Below are positions 1 to 12,990 of a stretch of 64,000 nt of DNA, piece by piece. The DNA comes from Eledone cirrhosa. Lineage: Eukaryota. The stretch lies in NCBI GenBank assembly GCA_964016885.1, contig OZ024761.1, positions 5,766,001-5,830,000 of the forward strand, read 5' to 3'. Position numbers and translations under genes: made by a program. Positions within the stretch are counted from its first letter, which is position 1, and each line of letters starts with the position of its first letter. Under the pieces are notes generated by a model. That model did not search any database and was not told the DNA's origin. It saw nothing but the letters and a program-made list of their open reading frames with translations.

Positions 1-408
1 ATCCCCACTGAAAGTTTCGTGAAATAGTCTTTTTAGACTATATAGAGCATTTGTAGTTTTTCCAAATTGAAGAATGAGTATTTAAACTTTATTTTATTAA
101 GTTAAGGCTCTATTGATTTTTCCCTGGATTTCACAAAATCTGTGGATAAAATCTCTGTCTTGATTTTTTTTTTTTTTAATTGAGTTTGAATTATTTTCCC
201 ACATCTTACGTTAATTATTTTTCCATTTTGACGTTATAGTCACTTATATATTATGGAATACTGTTGGCTTCATGCTCACAATAATTTCTATACTTTCATT
301 TATATATATATATATATTGTTCCCCACCAACACCCCACTCTCCAGAGCGTGAAATTAATCAACATTCGTTGTACTGCCTCTCTGTTTTGTTCCTGTTCAA
401 ATTTTTCC

Positions 409-457
<49 letters not shown>

Positions 458-484
458 GGAAAAATTTATATAATAGTTATATAT

Positions 485-1055
485 AAGTTGTAATAAAATG
501 AAAACGAAATTTCATTTCTCACTCTTAGTACGGCACTTACTTAGATGTAAGTATGTATGTATACGTACATACATATATGTATACAGACGTACAGTAGCAT
601 GCATATATATATATATATATATATACATACAGGTACACATACATATATGCACGTATCAGTTTAGCGGACGCTTATTATAACGCCCGCTTTGTTCGTTTGT
701 AAACAAACTGAACAGCCTGAATTTATGCCGTACGGTGTTAAGGCAACCACGTCAGCTTTTTGTTCAACACTGACACAGGAACGATGTACTAGTTTCAAGC
801 TTGTTAGCTATCATCAGCACCGTTTACCCATCTGCCAGATGGTTGAACGTTCGAAAGTATATACTTTCCTTATGAAAATTAACGGCTGAGCAGCCTAATT
901 TGCATATCGAGTGAGTTAAGTCGGCCAGGCGTACCGAAAATGACAAGTTGTAATAAAATGAAAACGAAATTTCATTTCTCACTCTTAGTACGGCACTTAC
1001 TTAAATGTAAGTATGTATGTATACATACATATATGTATACAGACGTACAGTAGCA

Positions 1056-1060
<5 letters not shown>
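485..1060 (-). mobile_element. Non-coding HHR element, family HH-A (460-bp unit plus about 115-bp partial tandem)
   Basis: Sequence starting AAGTTGTAATAAAATGAAAACG occurs at 485 and 945 (offset 460). Flanked by (TA)n, carries an HHR, and has at least 7 related copies in the window. Confidence 0.8.
782..822 (-). ncRNA. Type I hammerhead ribozyme (minimal)
   Basis: Minus strand: CGGTG-CTGATGA-TAGCTAACAAGCTT-GAAAC-TA-GTA-CATCG. Stem I CGGTG/CATCG, palindromic stem III ACTAGT, GUA cleavage site. Confidence 0.8.
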
Positions 1061-1127
<67 letters not shown>

Positions 1128-1652
1128 GTGTGTGAGTGTGTATGGGGGTGCGGGGATTACACATGAACTGAGTCACTTCACAGGTACAATTATGCATTCA
1201 TCAGAAAATCTGTGATATATATATAAACGACCAAACGGACATGTAGAGTAAGCCATGATAGGTGACCTGTGACCTCAACCCATCAACTTCCGCTTCATTC
1301 TCCCCCTCTCTTACCCCACCCTACACTCTTACCCTGTAATGTCCAGACGCATGTTTCGCTTATAATCAACATGTATATATGTATGTATGTATATATGAAT
1401 AATATGTATATATGAATAATATGTATACTTGTATGTGTGTGTATGTGTATGAATGTGTTTATGCGTGCGTGTGTGTGTGTATGTATGCTTGTGTGTGTGT
1501 GTATGTGTATATGTATGTATGTATATATGTGTGTATGTATGTATGTGTGTATGTATGTGTATATGTGTGTGTAACATATATATATATATATATATATAAT
1601 GTCCAACCCAATACACAAATATGACATGAGCAGATGTCAATACCGTCAGGGA

Positions 1653-2070
1653 ACCACACCATCTACACCACCACCACACCACCATCACTACACCACCACC
1701 ACACCACCATCACTACACCACCACCACATCACTACACCACCGCATCACACCACAACACCACCACCACACCACCACCACACCACCACCACTACACCACCGC
1801 ATCACACCGCATCACACCACCACCACACCACCACCACTACACCACCGCATCACACCACAACACCACCACACCACCACCACAACACCACCACCACACCACC
1901 ACCATTACACCACCACCACACCACCATCACTACACCACCACCACACACCACTACCACCATCACTACACCACCACCACTACACCACCACCACTACACCACC
2001 ACCACCACCACACCACCACCACAACACCACCACACCACCACACATACACACACATACATCACACACACAC
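1653..2070. repeat. (CAC)n-rich low-complexity tract
   Basis: Degenerate CAC/CACAC repeats. Confidence 0.9.
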
Positions 2071-2237
2071 ATATGTGTATGTATCTGTGTATGTATGTAA
2101 GTGTGTGTGTGTGTATGTGTGTGTGTGTGTAAGTATGTGTGTATGTGTGTGTATGTGTGTATGAATGTGTGTGTATGTATGTATATGTGTCTAATATAGC
2201 CTACAGTACATGTTTCAAAATAGACTAATATGTGTAT

Positions 2238-2299
<62 letters not shown>

Positions 2300-2303
<4 letters not shown>

Positions 2304-2684
2304 GAGGGTAGTCTCCAAAGTGATGGGGACGCAGAGAAACTGTTCGTACGGCTGTTGGCAACTCTGTTGTGATTGGTGCTTCCTTCACTCCCAAACAAGG
2401 ATGCGCGCGCTTCGCTGGGATGCTGAATCTTGGCTTGGCAGCCGTTGAGAATGGAGCTCCCGTTGAACGCTACCGCAGCCAAGTGCGAATTTCGCGCAGT
2501 TATTATATAGAGGGCAATCCCAAAAGTAAGGTCCCCTTCCGAGGAAAACATGCGTAAAGATCGGCGGATCACTCTGGATGCTGTCTGCATTTTGGTTCCT
2601 GAGGTTTCCCGAAGCACCATCCACAGGATTTTAACGGAAAAGTTGCAATATCGGAAGGAGACCTTACTTTTGGGATTGCCCTCG

Positions 2685-2686
<2 letters not shown>
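2300..2686 (+). mobile_element. Rearranged mariner remnant / MITE
   Basis: TA-CGAGGG end at 2301. Transposase N-terminus MELPLNATAAKCEFRAVI from 2451. 33-bp TIR pair 2510-2542 / 2651-2683 around the HTH fragment DRRITLDAVCILVPEVSRSTIHRILTEKLQYRK. Confidence 0.75.
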
Positions 2687-2748
<62 letters not shown>

Positions 2749-3075
2749 TGCTTGTTTTACATGTAACAATCTGCCGCACTATAATCTTGTATAAATAGGA
2801 CACGCATGCATGCCACACGTGAGACTGTTGCATACACTGGCTACTCCAAACTTTCCTCTTGCTTTATCTTCATAAACTGCCAATGTTTTATTTTAATTTT
2901 AATTTTAATTTTAACTTTAATTTTGTCCTTTAATATGACTGTAATCTTTATATGTAAATTGCCATGCTATATTATTATGATGGATGTCAACCCACTGTGG
3001 GTCAATATATACATATGTTTCTATATGTCTCTTGTGTTGAAAAGGAGGTCAAGTATGTAAAAAATCACTAAATAA

Positions 3076-3124
3076 TTGCTCCGAAGAAACCAAACCTCGG
3101 TTTGGAGGAAACAATTGTAAGCAA
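3076..3124 (+). ncRNA. Type I hammerhead-like motif with U4C core variant
   Basis: TTGCT-CCGAAGA-AACCAAACCTCGGTTTGGAG-GAAAC-AATT-GTA-AGCAA. Confidence 0.6.
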
Positions 3125-3160
3125 ATAAATGATTTAAACTGAACTTTGATTCATGTAATT

Positions 3161-3193
<33 letters not shown>

Positions 3194-3527
3194 TTCAGAA
3201 ATTGGACAACACAAAATATAACTACTCCATTACCAAAGGTTTCTGGATTACAGACGATAATAATAAACGTCTGGATCGGTCGTCAGATAGAGATGTTATA
3301 GATAAAAGATATGAAATGAAATTTGAAATCTGTTGAAAATTGGAAGTGAGGCTGGAAACATAACAGGAAATATACACAAGAAAAGAAAGGTAAGAAACAT
3401 AATATATAACAAATAAAAGTATATAGCAATATAGAAAAAGACATATGTGTACATACATATGCACACATACACACATTCAGTTAAAAGGAAAAAATATATA
3501 TATGTATATATACATACATGTATATAT

Positions 3528-3586
<59 letters not shown>

Positions 3587-3706
3587 CGCATAATTACAGA
3601 TACACACACACACACATATTTATTAAAATAACAGATTAAAGTTTAAGCAAAGAAATGATACGGAGACGTCAGACATAAATACATATATACATACACACGT
3701 AACCAC

Positions 3707-3739
<33 letters not shown>

Positions 3740-3944
3740 CATATACATACACATAAATACATACACACACATACATATATACATACACGTACATGCATAT
3801 ATATATATATATACATACATACATATACACATGCACGAATGCACTAACATACATATATATATATATATACATATATATATACATACATATACACATGCAC
3901 GCATGCACTAACACACATATATATATATATATATATAGTATTAA

Positions 3945-4240
3945 TTATACTATTTATGGTTATGCAAATACAAAAACTTTTGTAGTTATATATATTTTTA
4001 TAAACCCTAAATAGTGGTAGGCAGTAATATACTACTACCTTATTACCAGTAAGTTAAATAGCTCAATGTAATAACATCAGATGATTTACAGAGCAGTTAT
4101 ATGAATTATAAGAATCAAAGAACTGTTCAAAACATTTTTCTCCTTACAACTGTTTCCTCCAAACCGAAGAATCCAAACCTCGGTTTGGAGGAAACAGTTG
4201 TAAGCATAAAAATGTTTTGAACAGTTCTTTGATTCTTATA
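3945..4240. mobile_element. Hairpin element (inverted pLTR pair about 4107-4240 plus tail)
   Basis: TATAAGAATCAAAGAAC...CCAAACCGA and TCGGTTTGG...GTTCTTTGATTCTTATA are inverted arms. Same family as 3060-3160 and 53375-53655. Confidence 0.7.
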
Positions 4241-4725
4241 TATATATATATATATATATATACATAAAATATATATAAAAATATGTGTTAGGTGATTCCG
4301 AAATAAAAGCAAAGGGAAAAAAACGAGTGTTCGATGTATAAAACAGAGCTGTAAAAATATTTTTTGTTGAAAGTATGTGATAAAGGCCTAAGGTGGTAAA
4401 ATAAGACAGAATGTTCAGGAAAAGATGAAGTCAAGTAGTGAATAATATGTAAAATAAGTATAAAATAAAGTAAAATAAAATAAGTGTTGAATATGTAAAG
4501 TAAGATAGATTGTTCAAGGTAAAAGTAGGGGAAAAGAAGAAATGAATAAAATAGGTGTAATATAAAATAAATGTTGAATGTGTGATAAAGGTCCAGAGTG
4601 TTTAAAGTAAGAGAAGGTGTTCAAGGTGTAATATATGATAAGTGTTGAATGTGTTGGAGGAGCGAGTGTTCAAGGTGGGTAAGTGTACAAAATGGTGTTT
4701 TGATACCGAGAAAGGGGGTGAGTTC

Positions 4726-5305
4726 TTATATGTGGGCAAATGTTAAATATCTCAAATTAGAGTTAAGACAAATGTTAGGAGATTTCAGATTCTGTAGAAT
4801 TCTATATTTTTCTGTTACGCACAAGGTACATCTTCCTGTGTCTTTAATATATTCTTTTGATTGGTCTAAAATAGACCAATCAATTTCATATGGAATACCA
4901 CGCTCTTTCATCTCCCACACTCTATTTTCCAGCGCCGTAGTTTTCTTTTATCCTGGTGTCGAAAGGAAGCGACGTATGCATAGTATCTTTTCTTAAAGGT
5001 ATCCTGGGTCATACCCACATAACGTACTCCGGTAGAAGGTTGTTTAGTGTGAATAGGTCTTATAATTGCCCCATATACAATGGATTTGATGTTGCATTTG
5101 CCTTGCAGAGGAAATTCACCTGGGTTTTTGCATGAACATCCTGGGATTCTTCTGTCAGTTTTTACGGTGGTGATTTTCGATTTTATGGAAGGAATGCAAG
5201 AATAGCTAATCTTGACACAGTTTCTGTTAAAAATTGTGTTATATTTATGGTGATGGGGGAAATGTTTATCTACTAATTCAAGGAATTTTCTACCTACATT
5301 AGTTT
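4726..5305 (-). pseudogene. PLE GIY-YIG endonuclease region, Naiad-like, frameshifted near 4920
   Basis: KTNVGRKFLELVDKHFP...IFNRNCVKISYSC...CSC..PLQGKC..KSIVY...YVGMTQDTFKKRY, then WEMKE..IDWSIL...RCTLCVTEK in another frame. Confidence 0.8.
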
Positions 5306-5455
5306 TGAGTGCTATAACAAGTCCTTCGAGCTTTTGATTCCAGAGTCGGGCCAGATCAATACAGATCAAACTTTCAGCTGATCAATAGCGAAACGCGCGG
5401 CACACCTCAATAGACGTAATGAAGATCTAATACTTCGTCCTTTTTATTATTATTA

Positions 5456-5456
<1 letters not shown>
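5306..5456 (+). mobile_element. Inverted pLTR fragment at the 5' junction of the PLE (degenerate HHR 3' half)
   Basis: Matches 20010-20160 (CAGAGTCGGGC..GATC..CTGATCA..GCGAAAC) and lies in opposite orientation to the ORF. Confidence 0.6.
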
Positions 5457-5494
<38 letters not shown>

Positions 5495-5546
5495 GATATA
5501 TATATATTTCGTTTCTGAATTTGTCAACATGATCCTCCCATAGTAT

Positions 5547-5591
<45 letters not shown>

Positions 5592-5648
5592 GAACTCATT
5601 ACATTAAGTTCACATGTAGATATGTCACTATCTTTAAACCAATTATTG

Positions 5649-5709
5649 TATTTTATCTGACGATAGCGTACCACAGTACTGGTACCCTTGAAATATGTAT
5701 AATAAAATA
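5649..5709 (+). ncRNA. Type I hammerhead ribozyme (pLTR type)
   Basis: TATTTTAT-CTGACGA-..GTACC..GGTAC..-GAAAT-ATGT-ATA-ATAAAATA, with 8-bp stem I. Confidence 0.75.
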
Positions 5710-6170
5710 AATATGGTTTTATAAAGATATTTTCCATTTATTAACATTATTGACACACGCGCACGCATACACGCGCGCTTCTCTCTACAGATAATTGTTT
5801 CTACTTTTTTTACAGCCATTAACACAGATGTATACACACACATACATAGAAACAAAAAAATATCACCTCTAAACAACCACGTGTAGACACACTCATTCTT
5901 CATACACATAATAATACACACACACACACGCGCAACTAAAAGCTCGCAGACATACACACACATACCAGTGCACACACTTCACTTGATAAGATTCTGGGAT
6001 ACCCACGTAACCACACACACATAAACGGAAGCCGTGTACATCTACCAATTCTTCGCTTCCACACACACACAACCACATCCATGTCACTCCCACATACCCT
6101 TCACCCTGGGCCCCCAAGCCAGACCTTTCACACCCCCATATCACTTATTTTAAATACTGTTCTCTCCTTA

Positions 6171-6204
6171 TTCATGAAGAAGGACTTGTGTCCGAAACGT
6201 TGAA
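6171..6204 (+). ncRNA. Degenerate minimal HHR (C3A)
   Basis: TTC-ATGAAGA-AGGACTTGTGTCC-GAAACGTT-GAA. Confidence 0.45.
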
Positions 6205-6486
6205 GCTTCCTCCACTTCTGTGTAACTGTGTACAATTGCCTCCTGTCTTTTGTTTCATTTGTTAACTCTCTCTATATATATATCTGTGTGTGTGTGTGTG
6301 TCTATATTTGGGTATGACTGTCCATCGGTGTGTATGTGATGTTTCTATTGTGTTTACGTATGTGTGTGTGTGTGTGTGTGTAAATCCATGTGTGTGTGTA
6401 ATTCCATGTGTGTGTCGGAAGATTTTGTGTGTATGTATGTTTGTATCCACGTGAGTGTTGTGGTCAGAAGCGAAATATATGTACGT

Positions 6487-9400
6487 GTGTGTGTGATGTT
6501 GGCGTGTCCGGGTGTGTGTGAGGGTGGATGTGTTGATGTGTCCGGGTATGTTTCCAGGTGAGTGTGAGTGTGTGTGTGTGATGTTGGCGTGTCCGGGTGT
6601 GTGTGAGGGTGGATGTGTTGATGTGTCCGGGTATGTTTCCAGGTGAGTGTGAGGGTGTGTGTGTGTGTGTTGGTGTGTCTGGGTGTGTGTGAGGGTGGAT
6701 GTGTTGATGTGTCCGGGTATGTGTCCAGGTGAGTGTGAGTGTGTGTGTGTGATGTTGGCGTGTCCGGGTGTGTGTGAGGGTGGATGTGTTGATGTGTCCG
6801 GGTATGTGTCCAGGTGAGTGTGAGGGTGTGTGTGTGTGTGTTGGTGTGTCTGGGTGTGTGTGAGGGTGGATGTGTTGATGTGTCCGGGTATGTGTCCAGG
6901 TGAGTCTGAGTGTGTGTGTGTGATGTTGGCGTGTCCGGGTGTGTGTGAGGGTGGATGTGTTGATGTGTCCGGGTATGTGTCCAGGTGAGTGTGAGGGTGT
7001 GTGTGTGTGTGTTGGTGTGTCTGGGTGTGTGTGAGGGTGGATGTGTTGATGTGTCCGGGTATGTGTCCAGGTGAGTGTGAGTGTGTGTGTGTGATGTTGG
7101 CGTGTCCGGGTGTGTGTGAGGGTGGATGTGTTGATGTGTCCGGGTATGTGTCCAGGTGAGTGTGAGGGTGTGTGTGTGATGTTGGCGTGTCCGGGTGTGT
7201 GTGAGGGTGGATGTGTTGATGTGTCCGGGTATGTGTCCAGGTGAGTGTGAGTGTGTGTGTGTGATGTTGGCGTGTCCGGGTGTGTGTGAGGGTGGATGTG
7301 TTGATGTGTCCGGGTATGTGTCCAGGTGAGTGTGAGGGTGTGTGTGTGTGTTGGCGTGTCCGGGTGTGTGTGAGGGTGGATGTGTTGATGTGTCCGGGTA
7401 TGTGTCCAGGTGAGTGTGAGGGTGTGTGTGTGTGTGTTGGTGTGTCTGGGTGTGTGTGAGGGTGGATGTGTTGATGTGTCCGGGTATGTGTCCAGGTGAG
7501 TGTGAGGGTGTGTGTGTGTGTTGGCGTGTCCGGGTGTGTGTGAGGGTGGATGTGTTGATGTGTCCGGGTATGTGTCCAGGTGAGTGTGAGGGTGTGTGTG
7601 TGATGTTGGCGTGTCCGGGTGTGTGTGAGGGTGGATGTGTTGATGTGTCCGGGTATGTGTCCAGGTGAGTGTGAGTGTGTGTGTGTGATGTTGGCGTGTC
7701 CGGGTGTGTGTGAGGGTGGATGTGTTGATGTGTCCGGGTATGTGTCCAGGTGAGTGTGAGGGTGTGTGTGTGTGTTGGCGTGTCCGGGTGTGTGTGAGGG
7801 TGGATGTGTTGATGTGTCCGGGTATGTGTCCAGGTGAGTGTGAGGGTGTGTGTGTGTGTGTTGGTGTGTCTGGGTGTGTGTGAGGGTGGATGTGTTGATG
7901 TGTCCGGGTATGTGTCCAGGTGAGTGTGAGTGTGTGTGTGTGATGTTGGCGTGTCCGGGTGTGTGTGAGGGTGGATGTGTTGATGTGTCCGGGTATGTGT
8001 CCAGGTGAGTGTGAGGGTGTGTGTGTGATGTTGGCGTGTCCGGGTGTGTGTGAGGGTGGATGTGTTGATGTGTCCGGGTATGTGTCCAGGTGAGTGTGAG
8101 TGTGTGTGTGTGATGTTGGCGTGTCCGGGTGTGTGTGAGGGTGGATGTGTTGATGTGTCCGGGTATGTGTCCAGGTGAGTGTGAGGGTGTGTGTGTGTGT
8201 TGGCGTGTCCGGGTGTGTGTGAGGGTGGATGTGTTGATGTGTCCGGGTATGTGTCCAGGTGAGTGTGAGGGTGTGTGTGTGTGTGTTGGTGTGTCTGGGT
8301 GTGTGTGAGGGTGGATGTGTTGATGTGTCCGGGTATGTGTCCAGGTGAGTGTGAGGGTGTGTGTGTGTGTGTTGGTGTGTCTGGGTGTGTGTGAGGGTGG
8401 ATGTGTTGATGTGTCCGGGTATGTGTCCAGGTGAGTGTGAGGGTGTGTGTGTGTGTTGGCGTGTCCGGGTGTGTGTGAGGGTGGATGTGTTGATGTGTCC
8501 GGGTATGTGTCCAGGTGAGTGTGAGGGTGTGTGTGTGTGTTGGCGTGTCCGGGTGTGTGTGAGGGTGGATGTGTTGATGTGTCCGGGTATGTGTCCAGGT
8601 GAGTGTGAGGGTGTGTGTGTGTGTGTTGGCGTGTCTGGGTGTGTGTGAGGGTGGATGTGTTGATGTGTCCGGGTATGTGTCCAGGTGAGTGTGAGGGTGT
8701 GTGTGTGTGTGTTGGTGTGTCTGGGTGTGTGTGAGGGTGGATGTGTTGATGTGTCCGGGTATGTGTCCAGGTGAGTGTGAGGGTGTGTGTGTGTGTGTTG
8801 GCGTGTCCGGGTGTGTGTGAGGGTGGATGTGTTGATGTGTCCGGGTATGTGTCCAGGTGAGTGTGAGGGTGTGTGTGTGATGTTGGCGTGTCCGGGTGTG
8901 TGTGAGGGTGGATGTGTTGATGTGTCCGGGTATGTGTCCAGGTGAGTGTGAGGGTGTGTGTGTGATGTTGGCGTGTCCGGGTGTGTGTGAGGGTGGATGT
9001 GTTGATGTGTCCGGGTATGTGTCCAGGTGAGTGTGAGGGTGTGTGTGTGATGTTGGCGTGTCCGGGTGTGTGTGAGGGTGGATGTGTTGATGTGTCCGGG
9101 TATGTGTCCAGGTGAGTGTGAGGGTGTGTGTGTGTGTTGGTGTGTCCGGGTGTGTGTGAGGGTGGATGTGTTGATGTGTCCGGGTATGTGTCCAGGTGAG
9201 TGTGAGTGTGTGTGTGTGATGTTGGCGTGTCCGGGTGTGTGTGAGGGTGGATGTGTTGATGTGTCCGGGTATGTGTCCAGGTGAGTGTGAGTGTGTGTGT
9301 GATGTTGGCGTGTCCGGGTGTGTGTGAGGGTGGATGTGTTGATGTGTCCGGGTATGTGTCCAGGTGAGTGTGAGGGTGTGTGTGATGTTGGCGTGTCCGG

Positions 9401-11470
9401 GTGTGTGTGAGGGTGGATGTGTTGATGTGTCCGGGTATGTGTCCAGGTGAGTGTGAGTGTGTGTGTGTGATGTTGGCGTGTCCGGGTGTGTGTGAGGGTG
9501 GATGTGTTGATGTGTCCGGGTATGTGTCCAGGTGAGTGTGAGGGTGTGTGTGTGATGTTGGCGTGTCCGGGTGTGTGTGAGGGTGGATGTGTTGATGTGT
9601 CCGGGTATGTGTCCAGGTGAGTGTGAGGGTGTGTGTGTGATGTTGGCGTGTCCGGGTGTGTGTGAGGGTGGATGTGTTGATGTGTCCGGGTATGTGTCCA
9701 GGTGAGTGTGAGGGTGTGTGTGTGATGTTGGCGTGTCCGGGTGTGTGTGAGGGTGGATGTGTTGATGTGTCCGGGTATGTGTCCAGGTGAGTGTGAGGGT
9801 GTGTGTGTGTGTTGGTGTGTCCGGGTGTGTGTGAGGGTGGATGTGTTGATGTGTCCGGGTATGTGTCCAGGTGAGTGTGAGTGTGTGTGTGTGATGTTGG
9901 CGTGTCCGGGTGTGTGTGAGGGTGGATGTGTTGATGTGTCCGGGTATGTGTCCAGGTGAGTGTGAGTGTGTGTGTGATGTTGGCGTGTCCGGGTGTGTGT
10001 GAGGGTGGATGTGTTGATGTGTCCGGGTATGTGTCCAGGTGAGTGTGAGGGTGTGTGTGATGTTGGCGTGTCCGGGTGTGTGTGAGGGTGGATGTGTTGA
10101 TGTGTCCGGGTATGTGTCCAGGTGAGTGTGAGTGTGTGTGTGTGATGTTGGCGTGTCCGGGTGTGTGTGAGGGTGGATGTGTTGATGTGTCCGGGTATGT
10201 GTCCAGGTGAGTGTGAGGGTGTGTGTGTGTGTTGGCGTGTCCGGGTGTGTGTGAGGGTGGATGTGTTGATGTGTCCGGGTATGTGTCCAGGTGAGTGTGA
10301 GGGTGTGTGTGTGTGTTGGTGTGTCTGGGTGTGTGTGAGGGTGGATGTGTTGATGTGTCCGGGTATGTGTCCAGGTGAGTGTGAGGGTGTGTGTGTGTGT
10401 TGGTGTGTCTGGGTGTGTGTGAGGGTGGATGTGTTGATGTGTCCGGGTATGTGTCCAGGTGAGTGTGAGTGTGTGTGTGTGTGTGTTGGCGTGTCCGGGT
10501 GTGTGTGAGGGTGGATGTGTTGATGTGTCCGGGTATGTGTCCAGGTGAGTGTGAGGGTGTGTGTGTGATGTTGGCGTGTCCGGGTGTGTGTGAGGGTGGA
10601 TGTGTTGATGTGTCCGGGTATGTGTCCAGGTGAGTGTGAGTGTGTGTGTGTGATGTTGGCGTGTCCGGGTGTGTGTGAGGGTGGATGTGTTGATGTGTCC
10701 GGGTATGTGTCCAGGTGAGTGTGAGGGTGTGTGTGTGTGTGTTGGTGTGTCTGGGTGTGTGTGAGGGTGGATGTGTTGATGTGTCCGGGTATGTGTCCAG
10801 GTGAGTGTGAGGGTGTGTGTGTGTGTGTTGGTGTGTCTGGGTGTGTGTGAGGGTGGATGTGTTGATGTGTCCGGGTATGTGTCCAGGTGAGTGTGAGGGT
10901 GTGTGTGTGTGTTGGCGTGTCCGGGTGTGTGTGAGGGTGGATGTGTTGATGTGTCCGGGTATGTGTCCAGGTGAGTGTGAGGGTGTGTGTGTGTGTTGGT
11001 GTGTCTGGGTGTGTGTGAGGGTGGATGTGTTGATGTGTCCGGGTATGTGTCCAGGTGAGTGTGAGGGTGTGTGTGTGTGTTGGCGTGTCCGGGTGTGTGT
11101 GAGGGTGGATGTGTTGATGTGTCCGGGTATGTGTCCAGGTGAGTGTGAGTGTGTGTGTGTGTGTTGGTGTGTCTGGGTGTGTGTGAGGGTGGATGTGTTG
11201 ATGTGTCCGGGTATGTGTCCAGGTGAGTGTGAGGGTGTGTGTGTGTGTTGGTGTGTCTGGGTGTGTGTGAGGGTGGATGTGTTGATGTGTCCGGGTATGT
11301 GTCCAGGTGAGTGTGAGGGTGTGTGTGTGTGTTGGTGTGTCCGGGTGTGTGTGAGGGTGGATGTGTTGATGTGTCCGGGTATGTGTCCAGGTGAGTGTGA
11401 GGGTGTGTGTGTGTGTTGGTGTGTCCGGGTGTGTGTGAGGGTGGATGCGTGTGTGGATGGTGTGTCCAGG
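6487..11470. repeat. About 85-bp GT-rich minisatellite, about 58 copies
   Basis: Unit ATGTTGGCGTGTCCGGGTGTGTGTGAGGGTGGATGTGTTGATGTGTCCGGGTATGTGTCCAGGTGAGTGTGAG(GT)n, with variable GT count. Confidence 0.97.
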
Positions 11471-11948
11471 TAGAATCCAGGAGAGTTTGGACGGCAGAAG
11501 TGGAGGAGAGGTGGTGGCGCACGCAGAACGGAAGTAAGTTGAGAAGGGACTCTGGTAGTAGGCTATGTGTGAAAGTGTGTTTAGTAGTAGGTGTGTGTAT
11601 GGAGGTGGGGAGCGAGTAGTGTGGGTGGTGGGTCAATTAGTGAGATAGAGGGGTTGAATGGAGGGTGTGGCAGGTGAACTGTTAGTGTGTGGGCGTCAGG
11701 ATGTGTGTGTATGTGAGTGTGTGTGTGTGTGGTGCTGTCGGTGTTGTTAGTATTGGTGGTGTTGGTTATATGTGCGGGTGGGCGGGGTAGTAGTGTTGTT
11801 GGCGGGAGTGGGTGGTGGTGGTCCGCTAGTGGATTCTGGTGTGGGGTAAGGGAGTGACGGGTGGAGCGTGTGGGGTGTGTGTGGGAGTTAAAGAAAGGAA
11901 AAAGGGTGGGGAGTTTACCGGTCCAGGTCTGGAGAAAGATAATCGTGC

Positions 11949-12004
<56 letters not shown>

Positions 12005-12295
12005 GTGTGTGTATGTACACACACATATATATACGATTTACACGCTTTTAGTTGAATTTCAAGGAACTAGTAATTTCATAGCCTTTGGTAATAAAGGCAC
12101 ACTTCCTGCCTTACCTGGCGCTATATGTACTAACAAGCCCCAGGAACATATCAGTAGCCATGTTTAAATGCGTAAGCATCCGGAATAGTGCTTACTTCCG
12201 GTTACTGTTTGTTTCAAAACAATAAAGTATAATGCGTCACTCATTTATGCTACACTACACGTTCAGTTTGCGTTCTCCGACAATAATGACTGGAC

Positions 12296-12349
<54 letters not shown>

Positions 12350-12465
12350 ATATATATATGTATATATATAAATCTCTATATATAAATCTCTATATATAAA
12401 TCTCTATATATAAATCTCTATATATAAATCTATATATATAAATCTATATATATATGTATATATAA

Positions 12466-12553
<88 letters not shown>

Positions 12554-12753
12554 ATATAAATACATATATATATATATATATACATTATATTGATATAAAT
12601 GTATATATATGTGTATATATATATACTAGCTGGAGAAGAAATGTGTAGCAACAAGGGCAGTGCCACGGCATGGCCTCAGCCTGATGGCTGGAAGAGGTAA
12701 ATGTATGTATATATATATATATATACATGTATGTATGTATATATAGATATATG

Positions 12754-12791
<38 letters not shown>

Positions 12792-12990
12792 TATACATAT
12801 ATATATATATGTATATATATGTATATATATATATGTGTTGGTATACTTTGGGAGGGTCGTGTTGCCAATAAGAAACACTCGCACCAGATGCTTTCACTCC
12901 AATTTATTATAAATTAAATTTATAAATTTAAGAATTTATAAATTTCCGGTTGGTTGGTTGGTTCCACAACCGGACAGTTGTTCATATATT

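Noticed and set aside
6354-11636. 1760-aa His/Thr/Pro ORF
   Set aside because: Translation of the C/A-rich strand of a minisatellite. The frame drifts between units and there is no domain.
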